A DNA stretch of 64,000 nucleotides, taken from the NCBI GenBank assembly GCA_963693365.1, contig CAVNZM010000003.1, positions 11,443,651-11,507,650 on the forward strand, given 5' to 3'. Position numbers and translations under genes: made by a program. The notes under the pieces are model-generated. The model was given only the letters and a program-made list of their open reading frames with translations, did no database searches and was not told where the DNA came from. The stretch is from Amoebidium appalachense (lineage: Eukaryota; Protista; Ichthyosporea). This document shows, one piece after another, positions 48,984-63,298 of this stretch (position 1 is its first letter; every line of letters starts with the position of its first letter).

Positions 48984-49855
48984 AAGTGTGGTCACTATGA
49001 TGTATGGCATTTGAGAAAAAATATATAAATGCTTACGTAGGTCGAAATATCATTTTCTTGCCGGAGCAGCTTTGTCGTTTTTATAAGTTGTTTATAAGCC
49101 TCCTAGGTAGGTAGTGTTTTAATCAGCGAATGTCATTTCTTAGGAGGGTTGGGCATATTGTGGAAAGAACATCCAGTGATATAACCTCACAAAAAACACT
49201 GTGCGCACATGCAAGATGAACGTATATATTTATCCCGGCCTCTGATCTCGACTCATGATGGCATATATCCAAATATATATTTATTGTAATAGATGGAGTT
49301 TACGGCTAGGTCGAGGTGTTGCTGTTCATGCAAGAGCAACCCAGGCACCAGTAACTGCCTATCTGGAGGGGGGAGAGGGGGGGGGGGAGGATTGTGGGGG
49401 GGGGGTTCAGGTTACGGTAACAGTTCCATTCGTAGAGTTCCACTATGTACATACTCGGCTCAATGAAAAGAAATGTGTGGACCGGTGGCCACTCAAGAGT
49501 ATGTAGGTGTGGTGACCGTGGTGTGTGTATGCAAATATACCGTGGCATATAAAATAAAGGTGTTTATAAATGGTTGTCCGTCTTCGGAAAGTCATTATAT
49601 GCTCTGATTCAAGGATATCCCCCCCCCCCCCCCCCCCCCCCCCCCCCACTCTCGCCCTCAAACCCACCCTCCGAAGTGCTACCTTTAGCCCTGTCCTGTG
49701 TATTTATTTGTACATGCCCATGTGTTTGTGCCTGTGCGCCTGCACGTACGTACGTGTGCACTTGGATGCCAAGGTGCGCCTGCCAGGTTGTGTTTGTAGC
49801 AGCGCTGCCAAGCACACCAAAACCGGGGTGGTGTGGCATTTTGTGTGTGTGTGTG

Positions 49856-49905
<50 letters not shown>

Positions 49906-50683
49906 GAGATGCAGTAGATGTCGCTATGGGAGGATGTACCCGGCCGTGCGCATGTGTCACGTGCCATATTGCTTATACTCCCATGGAAGCATTTACACAT
50001 GTTCTGTACCACTAGAATAGAAAACAAAAAAAAAAAAATAGGAATTATCGCAATCTCAAAAACAAATCCACTAACCAATTAACTGCGCGCTGGATCTGAA
50101 TGATTAGCCATATAGGTATAGATATTTTGGCTGGAAGTTCTGGTGCGCGGAATTTTTTTTAAAGTTCTCATAAAACTCTAAAAATATACAGGCTTATGTG
50201 TGACAATGTGTGTGTGTGCGAACATGGACAATCCTCGGTTTTTCGCTCACTGTTTATGACGACGTGCATGCACTCTTGTTGGCAATGATATCGATCATTG
50301 TAAAAATCTGGTTTGCCAGAAAACAATGCACAAAATCTGATACACTCTAACGTAAAGAATCGGTCTGCACGTGGTTTTTATTAAATTTGGCTTTAAGTGT
50401 GACATGATTGCCAAAATGGAACATTCATCTGCACTCAAACTGAAACTCACACTGAAATGAACGGGGGAAATAGTTTTGCACTTTATTTACACTGCATCAT
50501 GTCGGACTTTGGATAACAGCAGTAGCAAGCCACCGGAAACACCATTCGTACACTAAGATACACCTACACTTTACATTCGGGTCCTTCATTCATTCTCACA
50601 CCTGCTAAAACTGAAACACCACTACATGCCATTCTCTTGTAATGAACTAGTTAGTTCTAGAGAATCACGCCGTTTCTATCTAT

Positions 50684-51580
50684 CTAGGCAGTAGGGAAAG
50701 CAGGGCTAGGAAGAGAACCCATTTCAGCGCACACATCTGGGCAGTTCAAGCCCACACATCCAAACACTTCCTCCGTCACACGCCCCTTCCCGCATGCAGT
50801 CTTATAGACAACACTGAAATGGCGCCGGCAGCCCACGGTGGCGGCATCAATAGGCACCTCGATGGAGGTGCCGTCCCATTGGTTCCGTGTCACGCACTGC
50901 TCCACCACACCCTCCTTTCCGTCCTCTGTGTATGAGGTAAGGCACATGGTAACCTTAAAGTCGGACCCGGACTCCACGTTATCTGGTAGGCTGGCCCATG
51001 AGAACGTGATTGGGAAGAAGGCCATATCTAGACGCTCATCATAGTCGCTACTGTCAATAGTCCACACGTCACCAGGTGCGCGGCATTCGCTGCCGAGGGG
51101 TGCAAGCTCCCAATTCTGCGCTTTTTCCTTCTTGCTGCAGTCTGCAAAAGTGAGCTCGGAACCGGCAACCACGCACTTGGGCTGACTCTTGAGACGTAGC
51201 TGGCCGTTGGGGAAGGGAACAGTGAACTTCTTTACTTCGTCGCCCCACGAGTCGTAAGTGCAGTCGATGAGGTAGGGCTTAGAGCTACCAATACCGTCAA
51301 ACGTGTCCATAACGAGACACCACCCGTCCTTCGTTTTCAGGTATTCGCCGTTGACTACGTACACCTGCAAGACAATGTCGCTTTCACAGTCGCCAAGCAC
51401 GGGCCATGCGGTGCCTTCGCTGACGAAACATTTTGACGTGGATTTGGACTTGAGTAGCCACGGGCCCGATTTGTTGTTCTCGGAACAAGGGGGTGGGGTT
51501 GTTGTTGTGGTTGTTGCCGGTAGGGCTGTGGTGGTGGTGAAGAGTGCCGCGAGAGAAGCAATGAATATGGCGGTAAACAT
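50684..51580 (-). CDS. Secreted protein with ricin-B (beta-trefoil) lectin-like domain plus a Cys-containing C-terminal domain, ~298 aa, intronless
   Basis: Signal peptide MFTAIFIASLAALFTTTTA and a Thr/Pro linker, then three C-x-C subdomains (KCFV..LGDC; WCLVM..LIDC; KCVVA..FADC..AQNW) typical of QxW trefoils. The ATG at 51580 is preferred over the track's longer start. Confidence 0.75.
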   Translation of the reverse strand: MFTAIFIASLAALFTTTTALPATTTTTTPPPCSENNKSGPWLLKSKSTSKCFVSEGTAWPVLGDCESDIVLQVYVVNGEYLKTKDGWCLVMDTFDGIGSSKPYLIDCTYDSWGDEVKKFTVPFPNGQLRLKSQPKCVVAGSELTFADCSKKEKAQNWELAPLGSECRAPGDVWTIDSSDYDERLDMAFFPITFSWASLPDNVESGSDFKVTMCLTSYTEDGKEGVVEQCVTRNQWDGTSIEVPIDAATVGCRRHFSVVYKTACGKGRVTEEVFGCVGLNCPDVCAEMGSLPSPAFPTA

Positions 51581-51754
51581 TTTGAAGATATCTTGGATTG
51601 TGATTTGTTGTGCGTTGAATGGTTGTTTGGTTTGGCGTAGACAGAGTGTTTGTGTTGGCATGAAATGTCGGTTATACGATGGTTGTCGTTTTTGTACAAC
51701 ATGAGGGTACACAAACTTGCAAACAAGTCTGGCGGACCCTCCTCCGGTCTAGAG

Positions 51755-51764
51755 TTTTATATAC
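51755..51764 (-). promoter_or_regulatory. TATA box (GTATATAAAA) of the lectin-like gene
   Basis: About 175 bp upstream of the ATG; same motif precedes the other three intronless genes. Confidence 0.55.
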
Positions 51765-52865
51765 CAGCATTGGAATGTGGTTTTTGCGCGCTTACCATAA
51801 ACGGTTACGTATTAAGCAAGCGTTGCGCAGCACACACAGGTTGTTTACGCGGGGAAGTAACAGATATACCATGATTCGAGAAGCTTATCATCGGTTTATC
51901 ATATCCGTTTTCTATTTGCTGAAGATCATGTAGGTATGCGGGTGAAAATTTGTTTAACCAATGAACGTCCAGCATTTGCGGCCGTTGAGCGGGAAGACAC
52001 CAGAACTGTTCTTGGCCAAGTTGGTTCTGCTACCCACCCACACACACAAGTACGTACATCGCAGCTCGTCGAAGGTATTTTTTCTTAAAAACAACGCTAC
52101 AATGAAGAGAGAGAGAGAAATGTGTAAAAAGCCCTTATATGCTTTCCATTTTTTGGTATCCTAGAGACAAGATTCGTATTTCAATGGCTCACTACAGTAA
52201 TAGTGCATGCGCGTGTCGTCAGCGGGCAACTTTTAGTCGATCCTCCGCCGACTCCAGGCACCAGGCTGCTGCAGGTTCCAGGCATGCAGCTGCTAGGCCT
52301 CCTCCGAGTTCAGGTCACGCCATGGTCCGGGGAGCTCACGTGACATGACAAAGTTGAACGTCACCGCACGCACTGTACCGGTGCGTGGGCCTGCCACGAC
52401 CAAACTGCCAAACGACCGCCGGCCGTCTCCTCGAAAAACATAATTGTTTTCTGTTTTTCAAACATTTTAGATCTATGCCAGAATATTTATGTGGTATCGA
52501 TACCCCTTATTCGCAAGATCTTCGAAGCGACACGCGTACCCCCCCCCTCCCCCCTCTCTCTCCCCCTCCCTCTCTCTCTTCTCCCCCACCCCCCCCCTCT
52601 CTCCCGGAGCTCCCTTCTTCCCCCTCCCCTCTTTTGATTTCCTTCTCTCCCCCCCCTCATCCCCCCCCCCCCTCTCTCTCTCTCTCTCGCCCCGGGCCTC
52701 CCCCCTCTCCCCCTCTCCCACCCTCCCACCCTCCCACTCTCTCTCTCTCTCCCCCTCCCCCCCTCCCCCCCTATTGTCTTGTCACGTCTCCCTCCCTCCC
52801 TCCCTCCCTCGCTCCCTCCCTCCCTCCCTCTCCCTCTCTCTCTCTCTCCCTCCCTCCCTCCCTCC

Positions 52866-53534
<669 letters not shown>

Positions 53535-53536
53535 AA

Positions 53537-53831
53537 CCCAACCACATTGGCTTAATCAACTTGCCCCAAGCAGAATTATTCTGCAAAAAGCGGAATTATT
53601 CTGCAAAAAGAAGAATTATTCTGCTAAAAGCAGAGTTATTCAGCAAACGCAGAATTATTCTGCAAAAGCAGAATCAATCTGCTACAAGCAGGATAAATCC
53701 GCTAAAAGAAAGCAGATCGAAAGCAAAATAATACTGTTCGAAAGCAGAATAATTCTGCTTTTTGCAGAATAATTCTGCTTTTTGCAGAATAATTCTGATC
53801 TTTGCAAGTTGACTCTGCCGATGTGGTTGGG
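53537..53831. mobile_element. Foldback-type MITE with long imperfect TIRs built of palindromic 20-bp units, inserted in (CT)n
   Basis: Left cccaaccacattggcttaatcaacttgc versus right (reverse complement) cccaaccacatcggcagagtcaacttgc. Both arms carry (gcagaattattctgcaaaaa)n. Confidence 0.75.
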
Positions 53832-53833
53832 CC

Positions 53834-53942
<109 letters not shown>

Positions 53943-54386
53943 GTGTGTGTCTCTCTCTCTACTCTCTCTCCTCCACCAACGATCCTCTCTCCACTCCGCA
54001 GGCCTTTTCAGGGACTCCCCTCCCTTCCCGCCCCCCTTTCCCCCTTTCTCTCCCCCCCTCTCCCTCCGTCGCGCTCCTTTTGAACTATCGAAACCATTGT
54101 TCGAATTGAGCATGAGTTATGTCTTCCTTATGATGGAAAGGTTTTTTACTGAGATCAAAAGGCCCACAGCATACAGTACATTGTGTGCCACTGGGGGCCA
54201 TGCCCCACGGGGGATGGGGAAGGGTACACTCCTGGGCCACCACTATTAAGCATCTCTCTCCCTTTCTCTCACTCATGCCTCCTCCCCAATATAGCGCCTT
54301 ATATGCTTAACGTTGTGCCGGCATGGGTTTGGGGATATTAGTGTGTGTGTGTGTGTGTGTATCATTGTGTGACGCATGTGTGAATC

Positions 54387-54503
<117 letters not shown>

Positions 54504-54506
54504 GTC

Positions 54507-54551
<45 letters not shown>

Positions 54552-55013
54552 ATGTGCGCACGCGCGCGCGTGCTTGTTCGTTTGTTTCACCGTGTGTGTA
54601 CGTGGCATGCGTGTGTTTTTGTGTGCGCAGTTGCTTGTCTTTGTGTGCATATTCTTTATGCTGCATGTGCACGTGTATGCTTCTTTTCTTTTTTAAGGTA
54701 TTTCAGGTCAAATCACATCGGGCCCCAGCGTTCTTATCACCGTGACCTTTTTCACATCTTTTGTGAGTCAATATCGCGAACCATATGGGACTATGTCATA
54801 ATTTTAGGTACATGATTTGTCTGCCTTTTTTTTGGCTGCTACATCTTCCCCCTCACCGGTTTGTTTTGAAAGGTACATCGGGCCAAACAAAAACTTTTCG
54901 GACCTTTTGTACCAACTGAACTCGTCGCACGGACATGATGCTAGAACGACATGCTCAGCCCATAACACTATACCGGCACCATCAGACAAAAAATTTCCCC
55001 TTACCCCGAGGGA

Positions 55014-55048
<35 letters not shown>

Positions 55049-55494
55049 CCTAAGTATGCAACAGACCCCTGCTGGGCATCCAACAGGATACGAGGTTTTG
55101 TGTGTGGTGTGTGTTTCAGTGGTGGTTGATCAACCAAGAGTAGTAGCTCCCTTTTTTTTTATTAGCATACAGTCAGATCGAATATATTGAACTCAAAATT
55201 ATGTTGCTGTTGCAGCAACTGCACTGACTAGAGCCTGTTCTTTTCTTTTTTTTTTTTCTTCTATAGGAGTGTGTTTTGAGCAAGTACTGACTAGAGCTCG
55301 TAGCGAGCGCAAGCGGAGAGCTCAATGAAGCGGTTACAGGCCCATCTAGCACCCTTCTTCTCGTCTAAGCATGTAGGCTACTCTCATTAAAGTGTATCCT
55401 ATCATTGATCACACACGGTTTGATTTGTGCACATAAGATAATGCCCTTGAGATCCATTTTATTCTCATACCCAATACATTTTATAGCCTATCTT

Positions 55495-56826
55495 CTAATA
55501 ATCATCGTCACCCTCAGTTTTTTCCAACAGCACAGAACTCAAATCCTCATACTTGGGCCCAACCGGTTGCGCCAGAGGAAACAACCTTCTCCCCACCGCC
55601 CTCCGGGACCCGTCGTCCTCCCCAAGCCTCAACTTGTTCAGGTCCACCATGCGCATGTTTCTGATTGCAGGGGTGTTGAAGTAATACCTCCCTCTGACGT
55701 GGTCTCTAATGGATGTATGTGACGTAGTCCAGTCTTGCTGGCCCACGGCGTCATTTTCCAAGAGACCCTTTGCCACCGACACACGACCAATCATTACGGT
55801 CGCTGCGCTCACGTGGTCGTCACCCAAATCATCAGGGCTAGTAGTGGTGTTACTGAGATGCACAAACGACAAATCCTCGTTTTTTTTGCCGAGAACCCAC
55901 TGCCCGTCGTTGCGCACGGCCAGCTCCTGAAGCATGGCAACGTGTGCAAGGCGGTTGCTTGGCGTGAAGCCCCCTGCTGTACGAAGGACCTCTGAGATGG
56001 TTAAGTTGGGTACAGACGCAATGTCTTCATACTCGGTGCCATTTAGGCGGCCCGTCAGGTTGGCGCGCATTTCTTCCCACAGGGGCTGGTTGGTCATCAC
56101 CTTGAGGTCGTTGTTGTCGTACATGCACACACGCGCACCTGCCTGCTTGGCGTATTTGTGCATGGCGTCGGTGGAGTTGAAACAAACGGGTGCCGAAGAG
56201 GAGAAGTTCTGGCCAATGTACTCAACCACCAGAGACTTCCCTGCGCGGTCATGAAACTGGAGGTGGCTGCCGTACGACCCGCCCATCACTTCCAACTCTG
56301 CCATCTCTCCGTCGACTATTTGGTGAGCCTGGATTTTGCTTTTGACGCACGCAATGGTGTCGCACACAGCCAGCATGTATGTAACGAGGCTGTATACTGC
56401 AAGGACGGGCCTAGGGTCATCCTTGACATATGATGGGTACACTGTGCCGTATTTGCTTTTGAGCTCCAAAACGGCGCCGGAGAGTCCCGCAACATTCATG
56501 CCATCGACAGCCGGTCGTGCGTTGTTCATGACGTCGGCGTACACGAACCCAAAGGCTGCGGTGGTGTTTGTGGTGGTTGTGTTGCATCCTTTCCCACTGA
56601 GTAGTTGCACATTCTCCCCCACAGGGACGGTGTGTAGCTTTGGGTTCACGTCTGGTTTGCCCCAGTCGATGGTTCGCGCCGAAACTGTGTATGAGGTGGT
56701 CTCATTGTTGGTGATGGGATAGCGGAGCTGGAAGTCGGTGCAGCCCTGTGCGGACGGCGCCACAAGCAGAGCAGGTAGGAGCAAATTCAGAAGGCTGGAT
56801 CCTGAGTATGCGTATTGAGAGGACAT
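55495..56826 (-). CDS. Secreted choloylglycine hydrolase / penicillin V acylase family Ntn-hydrolase (linear amide C-N hydrolase), 443 aa, intronless
   Basis: Signal peptide ending AQG, then the N-terminal nucleophile CT. Family motifs ARTIDW, DGMNVAGLS, HLQFHDRAGKSLVVEY, VMTNQP, GGFTPSNR, TSIRD..YYF. Confidence 0.9.
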   Translation of the reverse strand: MSSQYAYSGSSLLNLLLPALLVAPSAQGCTDFQLRYPITNNETTSYTVSARTIDWGKPDVNPKLHTVPVGENVQLLSGKGCNTTTTNTTAAFGFVYADVMNNARPAVDGMNVAGLSGAVLELKSKYGTVYPSYVKDDPRPVLAVYSLVTYMLAVCDTIACVKSKIQAHQIVDGEMAELEVMGGSYGSHLQFHDRAGKSLVVEYIGQNFSSSAPVCFNSTDAMHKYAKQAGARVCMYDNNDLKVMTNQPLWEEMRANLTGRLNGTEYEDIASVPNLTISEVLRTAGGFTPSNRLAHVAMLQELAVRNDGQWVLGKKNEDLSFVHLSNTTTSPDDLGDDHVSAATVMIGRVSVAKGLLENDAVGQQDWTTSHTSIRDHVRGRYYFNTPAIRNMRMVDLNKLRLGEDDGSRRAVGRRLFPLAQPVGPKYEDLSSVLLEKTEGDDDY

Positions 56827-57015
56827 GATTGATAATATATTTATAGTTATCGGATAGCACTTGCGTATACTTACTGTTTGCGAGGTACTGAGATGATTAG
56901 GGAAGTAAAATTAGAGGGTGGTAAGTCAAGCCGTACCGGCGCCACTTCATGAGTTCGTTTGTTTGCACGCACCTGAGTCGGAATTGTGATCATTGCTCCA
57001 GGGTACGCAGCCTGG

Positions 57016-57024
57016 TTTATATAC
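57016..57024 (-). promoter_or_regulatory. TATA box (GTATATAAA) of the amidase gene
   Basis: About 190 bp upstream of the ATG at 56826. Confidence 0.55.
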
Positions 57025-57685
57025 CCTGCGTGACAGCCAGAAAGCAAATGATTGGATGCTGTCATTTTGCAAATTGCCTAAGAATGCCTTGTTACTTGTT
57101 CTGTGTGACCTCACTGGGAAATTTTGGGGGCCCAGGGGCGATGGGGAACTTTCGGCTGCCGCAGCCACTTCCCCCCCCCCCCCCATCTCACCCCCACCTC
57201 CCCGCGTCTTCTCCACAGTCCACCCTTTACCCATCCCACTCTTTCCTCCTCAACCTCTTCTCCTGGTGTAATAATGCAATTCATTTTACCAGTCTTTGGT
57301 CCCTGTACCAGACCGAAGTTTTATCAGCAAGCTGTGAAATTCCAAATGCAGGAAAGCAAACAAGGGGTTTACACACTTTTCAAACAAGTGAGCCAATCCA
57401 AAGGAAGCTCTGTCGGGGCTCGATATTGTGTATATTGAAATACACACCAATAGAGGTGAGAGCTCACAGCCTATATGGTACGGCACTGGGCAAGCTCCGA
57501 AAACAAAAAGACTCTTGGAGGCAGAAAAAAGTTGTTTTGTGCTTTTAGATGGATGAATTTGTGCCAGATATCTTTTTTTTACCGCCAGCTGGCTGGGAGG
57601 CTGCCAGTTCGGGCGGCGGGAAACTTTTATCAGATTGGCATGCAAGAAACCCCATGGCCCACATTCCACAGATGGCGGAAAGCAA

Positions 57686-57694
57686 GTATATAAA
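57686..57694 (+). promoter_or_regulatory. TATA box (GTATATAAA) of unknown secreted gene copy 1
   Basis: Conserved in the paralogous promoter at 63542-63550. Confidence 0.6.
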
Positions 57695-57982
57695 GTCCGG
57701 ATATCTGACGAATTTCTCCACCGAATTCCTTCAGCCACTCAACACTCCACCCAACACCTGAATCAGCTTCTACCCTCAATATTCTCAGACCAGCACACGG
57801 TAAAGCAGGTGCAACCCCGTTACCGTCTGAACCGCGGCAATACTGAAAAACCTTTCAAAGCTCAAAAAAATCATTTCGTCTGCTAATACGGCACTTGTGC
57901 ACGTGTTCCTTCAGCTGACTCTGCTATATTAGCGGTTGTTTACCACACCTCCATATTCATCACGTGCCGTGTAACTGGCAAC

Positions 57983-58606
57983 ATGTCCTCAAACAGCAAA
58001 ATCGCCTGTACCCTTGCCCTCCTTGCCACCAGCGCGGCTCTGGTGTGTGGCATGGGCCACGCCATCTCGCAGTGCACCATCACGCAGGGCTACACGCTGC
58101 AGTCAATCGAGGTTTCAGTACACAACCCTGTTACCAGCACCTCAGAAACACTCAAAGTCACGCCCAAAACAGGCAGTTATGTTGCCTACGCCACCATTAA
58201 TGCACCGTACGGACACGACGTTACAGTCAAGTACGTTTACGACCAATCCACTCTGCCTACACCACACAACGGCACAAACCCTGCCTACTCGGATACAGTC
58301 ACATGGGTGGGCTTCATGCACAAGAACTACAACACGGGGGAGTGTGTGGATGCCTCTTCTCTCTCGCAGTACCTTCCAAGCGGGGGCCTGACATATGCGG
58401 ACGAGCAACGCGAGTCTCCATACACAGAGGGCATGTACGCTGCACACGATGCCAGCCTGAATACGGCCGGGTTCAAGCTAGCCTTTAATTGGTTCAACAG
58501 CACACTCTACCCCGGCACATGTGGTCCGAGTAGCACGCACGGCACTACACCCCTGACACAGTGCATCGTGCCGGACGTGCTTCTGCAGCTGGGCGTCAGC
58601 CAGTAG
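57983..58606 (+). CDS. Unknown secreted protein, 207 aa, intronless (copy 1)
   Basis: Signal peptide IACTLALLATSAALVCG, complex sequence with 4 Cys in the mature part, and a conserved paralogue at 62678-63298. Confidence 0.85.
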   Translation: MSSNSKIACTLALLATSAALVCGMGHAISQCTITQGYTLQSIEVSVHNPVTSTSETLKVTPKTGSYVAYATINAPYGHDVTVKYVYDQSTLPTPHNGTNPAYSDTVTWVGFMHKNYNTGECVDASSLSQYLPSGGLTYADEQRESPYTEGMYAAHDASLNTAGFKLAFNWFNSTLYPGTCGPSSTHGTTPLTQCIVPDVLLQLGVSQ

Positions 58607-59276
58607 CTGCCACTGCTTTTGTTCTTCTTTTCGTTTGCAATGCACATTAAAGTTGTAGTGGTATAGTAGAGCAAATTTGAACGAGCCTCTGTGAGATGAA
58701 ACGGAATGATACAAAATATTAAAACTGGTACCGTCGGTAGAAAACACTCTCAAATTGTTTGTCGACTCCACTCAGTGGAATAAATCCATAGAGAGACCAA
58801 ATGCCCTTGAGCCATTAAGGGCTATCTGCTGCCCCCCCCCCCCCCCCCCCCCCCCCCTTTCCCCCTCCCCTCCCCTCTCGAGCCCGCCCTCTCCCACTCC
58901 TTTCCCCCTCGCCAACCCCCCCCCCCCCCCCAATGGCGTCTAATGCATATTTCTCCCTTCTCAATTAAACGTGAGACTGAATAAAAGTTATTCAGTTGTA
59001 CCTCTCTCATGGACATCCCCACCTGGCCTCAGAGTTAGTGCGCCCTAAAGATTTGCCCCCCCCCCACACACCCCTCCCCCCACACACCCCCGCAATCACG
59101 GTCCACACACACACACAAACACACACACAAGCACACACACGCACATGCACGCACATGCACACGCAGACAACCACGCACACACGCGTACGCCCGCACAAAC
59201 ACCCACACACGCGCACGCGCGCACACGCGCGCGCACACACACACACACATGCACACACGCGTGCGTGCACACACAC

Positions 59277-59314
<38 letters not shown>

Positions 59315-59316
59315 TG

Positions 59317-59348
<32 letters not shown>

Positions 59349-59395
59349 ACACACGCACGCACGCACACACACACACACTTACGCACACACGCACG

Positions 59396-59426
<31 letters not shown>

Positions 59427-60344
59427 ACACACACACGTGCGCGCTTATGTACACACACTCTGCACACAATATTTGCCCCGCTCCACCCAATCAACACCGT
59501 CGCACAAACTAGCACCAAATTTTTGTCTCCTCCAGATAACACCACCACCTAGTCCGATTGTCCTATATAAACTCGATGAATGTATTTACGACCCATTCAA
59601 AAGTTTCCCCATCTTTTTTATTTCACACACACACGAGCACATGGTTCAGTTATGGAACGATTTCAAGAAAACTCCAGCCCCAGAGCAACAATATACGTAT
59701 ATCACAGGCATACTACTAAGTCAATGAGACACATGGACTACTCTGTCTACACGCATGCACGAGCGTACATTAACACTGACACACAAAACAACCAAAACCC
59801 AGCTCAATGACCTGCACACCACCAGTATGGGAAAACTGTGATCATCGGCTGATTTGCATAATGCATGCAACACATGCACACAAAACACACGCTCTCACCG
59901 TGGCGCATACACACGTAGGTACGCCATGTGGAGTTCATGTGCACATTGCACACACGGCACAAAACCTCCCCTCCAAGCCTCTCTCACCCCTCCCAACCTT
60001 CCTCCCCCTCTCCCCCCTTCCCCTCTCCCCCTCTCCCCTCCCGTCCACTCCTCCCTGCATTCAACCTTTCCCCCCTTCCCTGTGGCAGTGCACGCACACA
60101 CATACATGTGCTCATAGTGCGACCATGAATAAAGTTTCGTGCCATCGTAAGCACACTTCTTGATTGCACCCCCTCTCTCGGAGACGTTTGTGGGCATAAG
60201 GCGAAAAAATTCCGCCCGATCAAACACATTCTGCCAGCACCCACTTATATGTGGTGGTGGGCCCCTTAGTAAAGTTTTTAATGATATCGGTAACAAAGAT
60301 TTTCTCAGTAGCACCATCCTTCAGCCCCCCCTCCCTCCCCCCCC

Positions 60345-60376
<32 letters not shown>

Positions 60377-60832
60377 CCCCCCCCCCCCCCCCCCTCAACC
60401 ACCATCACCACCACCATCACCATCCCACTCTTTTATTTCTTTTCCGCCCATCCTCTCACATTCGTTTTACCCTACCTTCCGTTCCGTTGTGCTTTTACGT
60501 GTCTACAAACAATTTCTGCTCTCCCTGCCTCCCCCCTTCCCCTCCCCCCCCCCCCTCCCCCCCCCAACCTCTTTTTTTCTTTCGGCCACCATCCCCACAA
60601 CCCCTTTTGAAGCTTTCATTTCCATTTGCCCCGTCTTCCTGCAGTCATGCAATAACCCCATCTGGGCAGGCTAAAATTCAACGGTTTTTCTGCCATTCAA
60701 GGGACCGAGTTCAACCAGCTGCACACACTGAATCTCTTTCCCTAGTAACCTCACCTGCACACACCCGCACCCGCAGACGGACACCCACACACTTGCACTC
60801 GCACATGTGCGCATGCACACACACACACACAT

Positions 60833-60972
<140 letters not shown>

Positions 60973-60989
60973 GCACACACACACAGACA

Positions 60990-61062
<73 letters not shown>

Positions 61063-61081
61063 CACACAAACACACACACGT

Positions 61082-61118
<37 letters not shown>

Positions 61119-61158
61119 GTGCACAACACTAACACACACATACACACACACACGCAAA

Positions 61159-61190
<32 letters not shown>

Positions 61191-61334
61191 CACACATCGT
61201 CACACACACACACATACACACACACACACACACCACACTGAGTGTGGTAGGTATCTTTCTTTCATTCCCTGTTCTATCTCTTTTGTTTTATAGCCTCCAT
61301 CCCCCACTTCCCCCTCCCCCACCCCCCCCCCCCC

Positions 61335-61365
<31 letters not shown>

Positions 61366-62009
61366 AAAAAAAAAAAAACTTTGGAAAAAGAAAAAAAAAA
61401 CCTTTAACTTACGAAAGGAACGAAGGAAGGAAGAAAGGAAGGATAAATAGAGGGAAGAAAGTCAGGAAGGGAAGAAGCACGAAAAGAAAAGACGAGAAAA
61501 AGCATGGTGAAAAAGCATGGGGGGGGGGGGCAAACATTGCATTAAGCTTTGCATACTCCTAAGATGATTTAAATGACACGGCCCGCCCGATGTGTTCACT
61601 TTCGATGGTATGAGAGTCTCAAAAACAGAAAATACTGCTCATGAACACTTGTGGAAATGAAATTAGATTCTGGGATACAATGGGCAACAATCGCAGTGCG
61701 GAATGCAGATAGGCCCCGTACGACATATGCTACGTTAGCAAAAGGATCCGGCATCGATTATAAAGACCGAAATTGGGCCGAAGGTACAAGGGGGGAGGGG
61801 GGGGGAGGGGGGTTCCTATGGAAATCAACATTAATTCTGGCACCCACCTTGAGTTCGGACCTGTTGACATAGGCACCCCCACCAAACAGCAATGAAATCT
61901 CGAAACTGTGATACACAAATGTTCTTCTCTTTAGTTTGGAAATTCTTGCGCACTTTAACAGCGATTATGGCTCCGTGGTCATAACGATGTTTCTTTTTTT
62001 TTTTGTTGT

Positions 62010-62050
<41 letters not shown>

Positions 62051-62677
62051 GGGGTCTAAAAAATAATACACATGTTTTTTGCCATGTGAATGCATGGGAG
62101 GGAGAGAAGAAGGGAGACAAGGGCGGCAACAGGGGAGAGAGGGGTGAGAAAAGGTTGGGGGTGGGGGGGAGGGAGAGGGAGGGGAGGGGAAGGGGGGGGG
62201 GGGGGGGGGGGGGGAATGAAAGAAAGCAACAATACGTATTGAGGTGTGGGGCTTGAAAAAAAGATTGTTAAGTAAGTAGGGAGACAAGGGAGAGGTGAGG
62301 GGGACCAAATTAAAAAAAAAAAAGCGTTCAAGCATTTTCAAGGAGAGAGAGGGGAGCTGGGGGGAGGGGGGAAGGGGGGCGGGATGGCTCTCGATAGCTC
62401 AGAGTTTAATTCCAATTGGTCAAAGCCATGTATTCACTTTACGACAACAATTTAAAAGAGTTTTGTTATGATGGTTTATTTGCCCATCGATATCTGCTCT
62501 TTCATGATCATAATAATTCGATTGTGATATGATAACGCCAAGCCCTAAACTAACTACTGATGTCGAGCTTCATTCACCCGCCTGTCCAAATCTAGCAACT
62601 GTTCTAAACACCTGTGATATGAACACATAATCCAACTATTATTTATGGACCAAAAAATAAAACTCTCAGTTGTGCCA

Positions 62678-63298
62678 CTACTGGCTGACGCCCAGGAGCA
62701 CGTCCGGCACGATGCACTGTGTCAGGGCTGTAGTGCCGTGCGTGCTACTCGGACCACATGTGCCGGGGTAGAGTGTGCTGTTGAACCAGTTGAACGCCAG
62801 CGTGAACCCGGCCGCTTTCAGGCTGGCATCGTGTGCAGCGTACATGCCCTCTGTGTACGGAGACTCACGTTGCTCGTCCACATATGTCAGGCCCCCGCTT
62901 GGAAGGTACTGCGAGAGGGAAGAGGCATCCACACACTCCCCCGTGTTGTAGTTCTTGTGCATGAAGCCCACCCATGTGACTGTATCCGAGTAGGCAGGGT
63001 TTGTGCCGTTGTGTGGTGTAGGTAGGGTGGACTGGTCGTAAACGTACTTGACTGTAACATCGTGCCCGTACGGTGCATTGATGGTGGCGTAGGCAATATA
63101 ACTGCCTGTTTTGGGCGTGACTTTGAGTGTTTCTGAGGTGCTGGTAACAGGGTTGTGTACTGAAACCTCGATTGACTGCAGCGTGTAGCCCAGCGTGATG
63201 GTGCACTGCGAGATGGAGTGGCCCATGCCACACACTAGGGCCGCGCTGGTGGCAAGGAGCGCAAGGGTACATGTGATGTGGCTGTTTGAGTACATCAT
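62678..63298 (-). CDS. Unknown secreted protein, 206 aa, intronless (copy 2, inverted paralogue)
   Basis: Mature sequence differs from copy 1 by fewer than ten substitutions plus a 2-aa deletion near the C-terminus. Start MMYSNSH at 63298. Confidence 0.85.
   Translation of the reverse strand: MMYSNSHITCTLALLATSAALVCGMGHSISQCTITLGYTLQSIEVSVHNPVTSTSETLKVTPKTGSYIAYATINAPYGHDVTVKYVYDQSTLPTPHNGTNPAYSDTVTWVGFMHKNYNTGECVDASSLSQYLPSGGLTYVDEQRESPYTEGMYAAHDASLKAAGFTLAFNWFNSTLYPGTCGPSSTHGTTALTQCIVPDVLLGVSQ

Noticed and set aside
53570-53800. Palindromic 20-bp repeats resembling a CRISPR array
   Set aside because: No unique spacers, the arms are inverted, there are no cas genes, and the context is eukaryotic.
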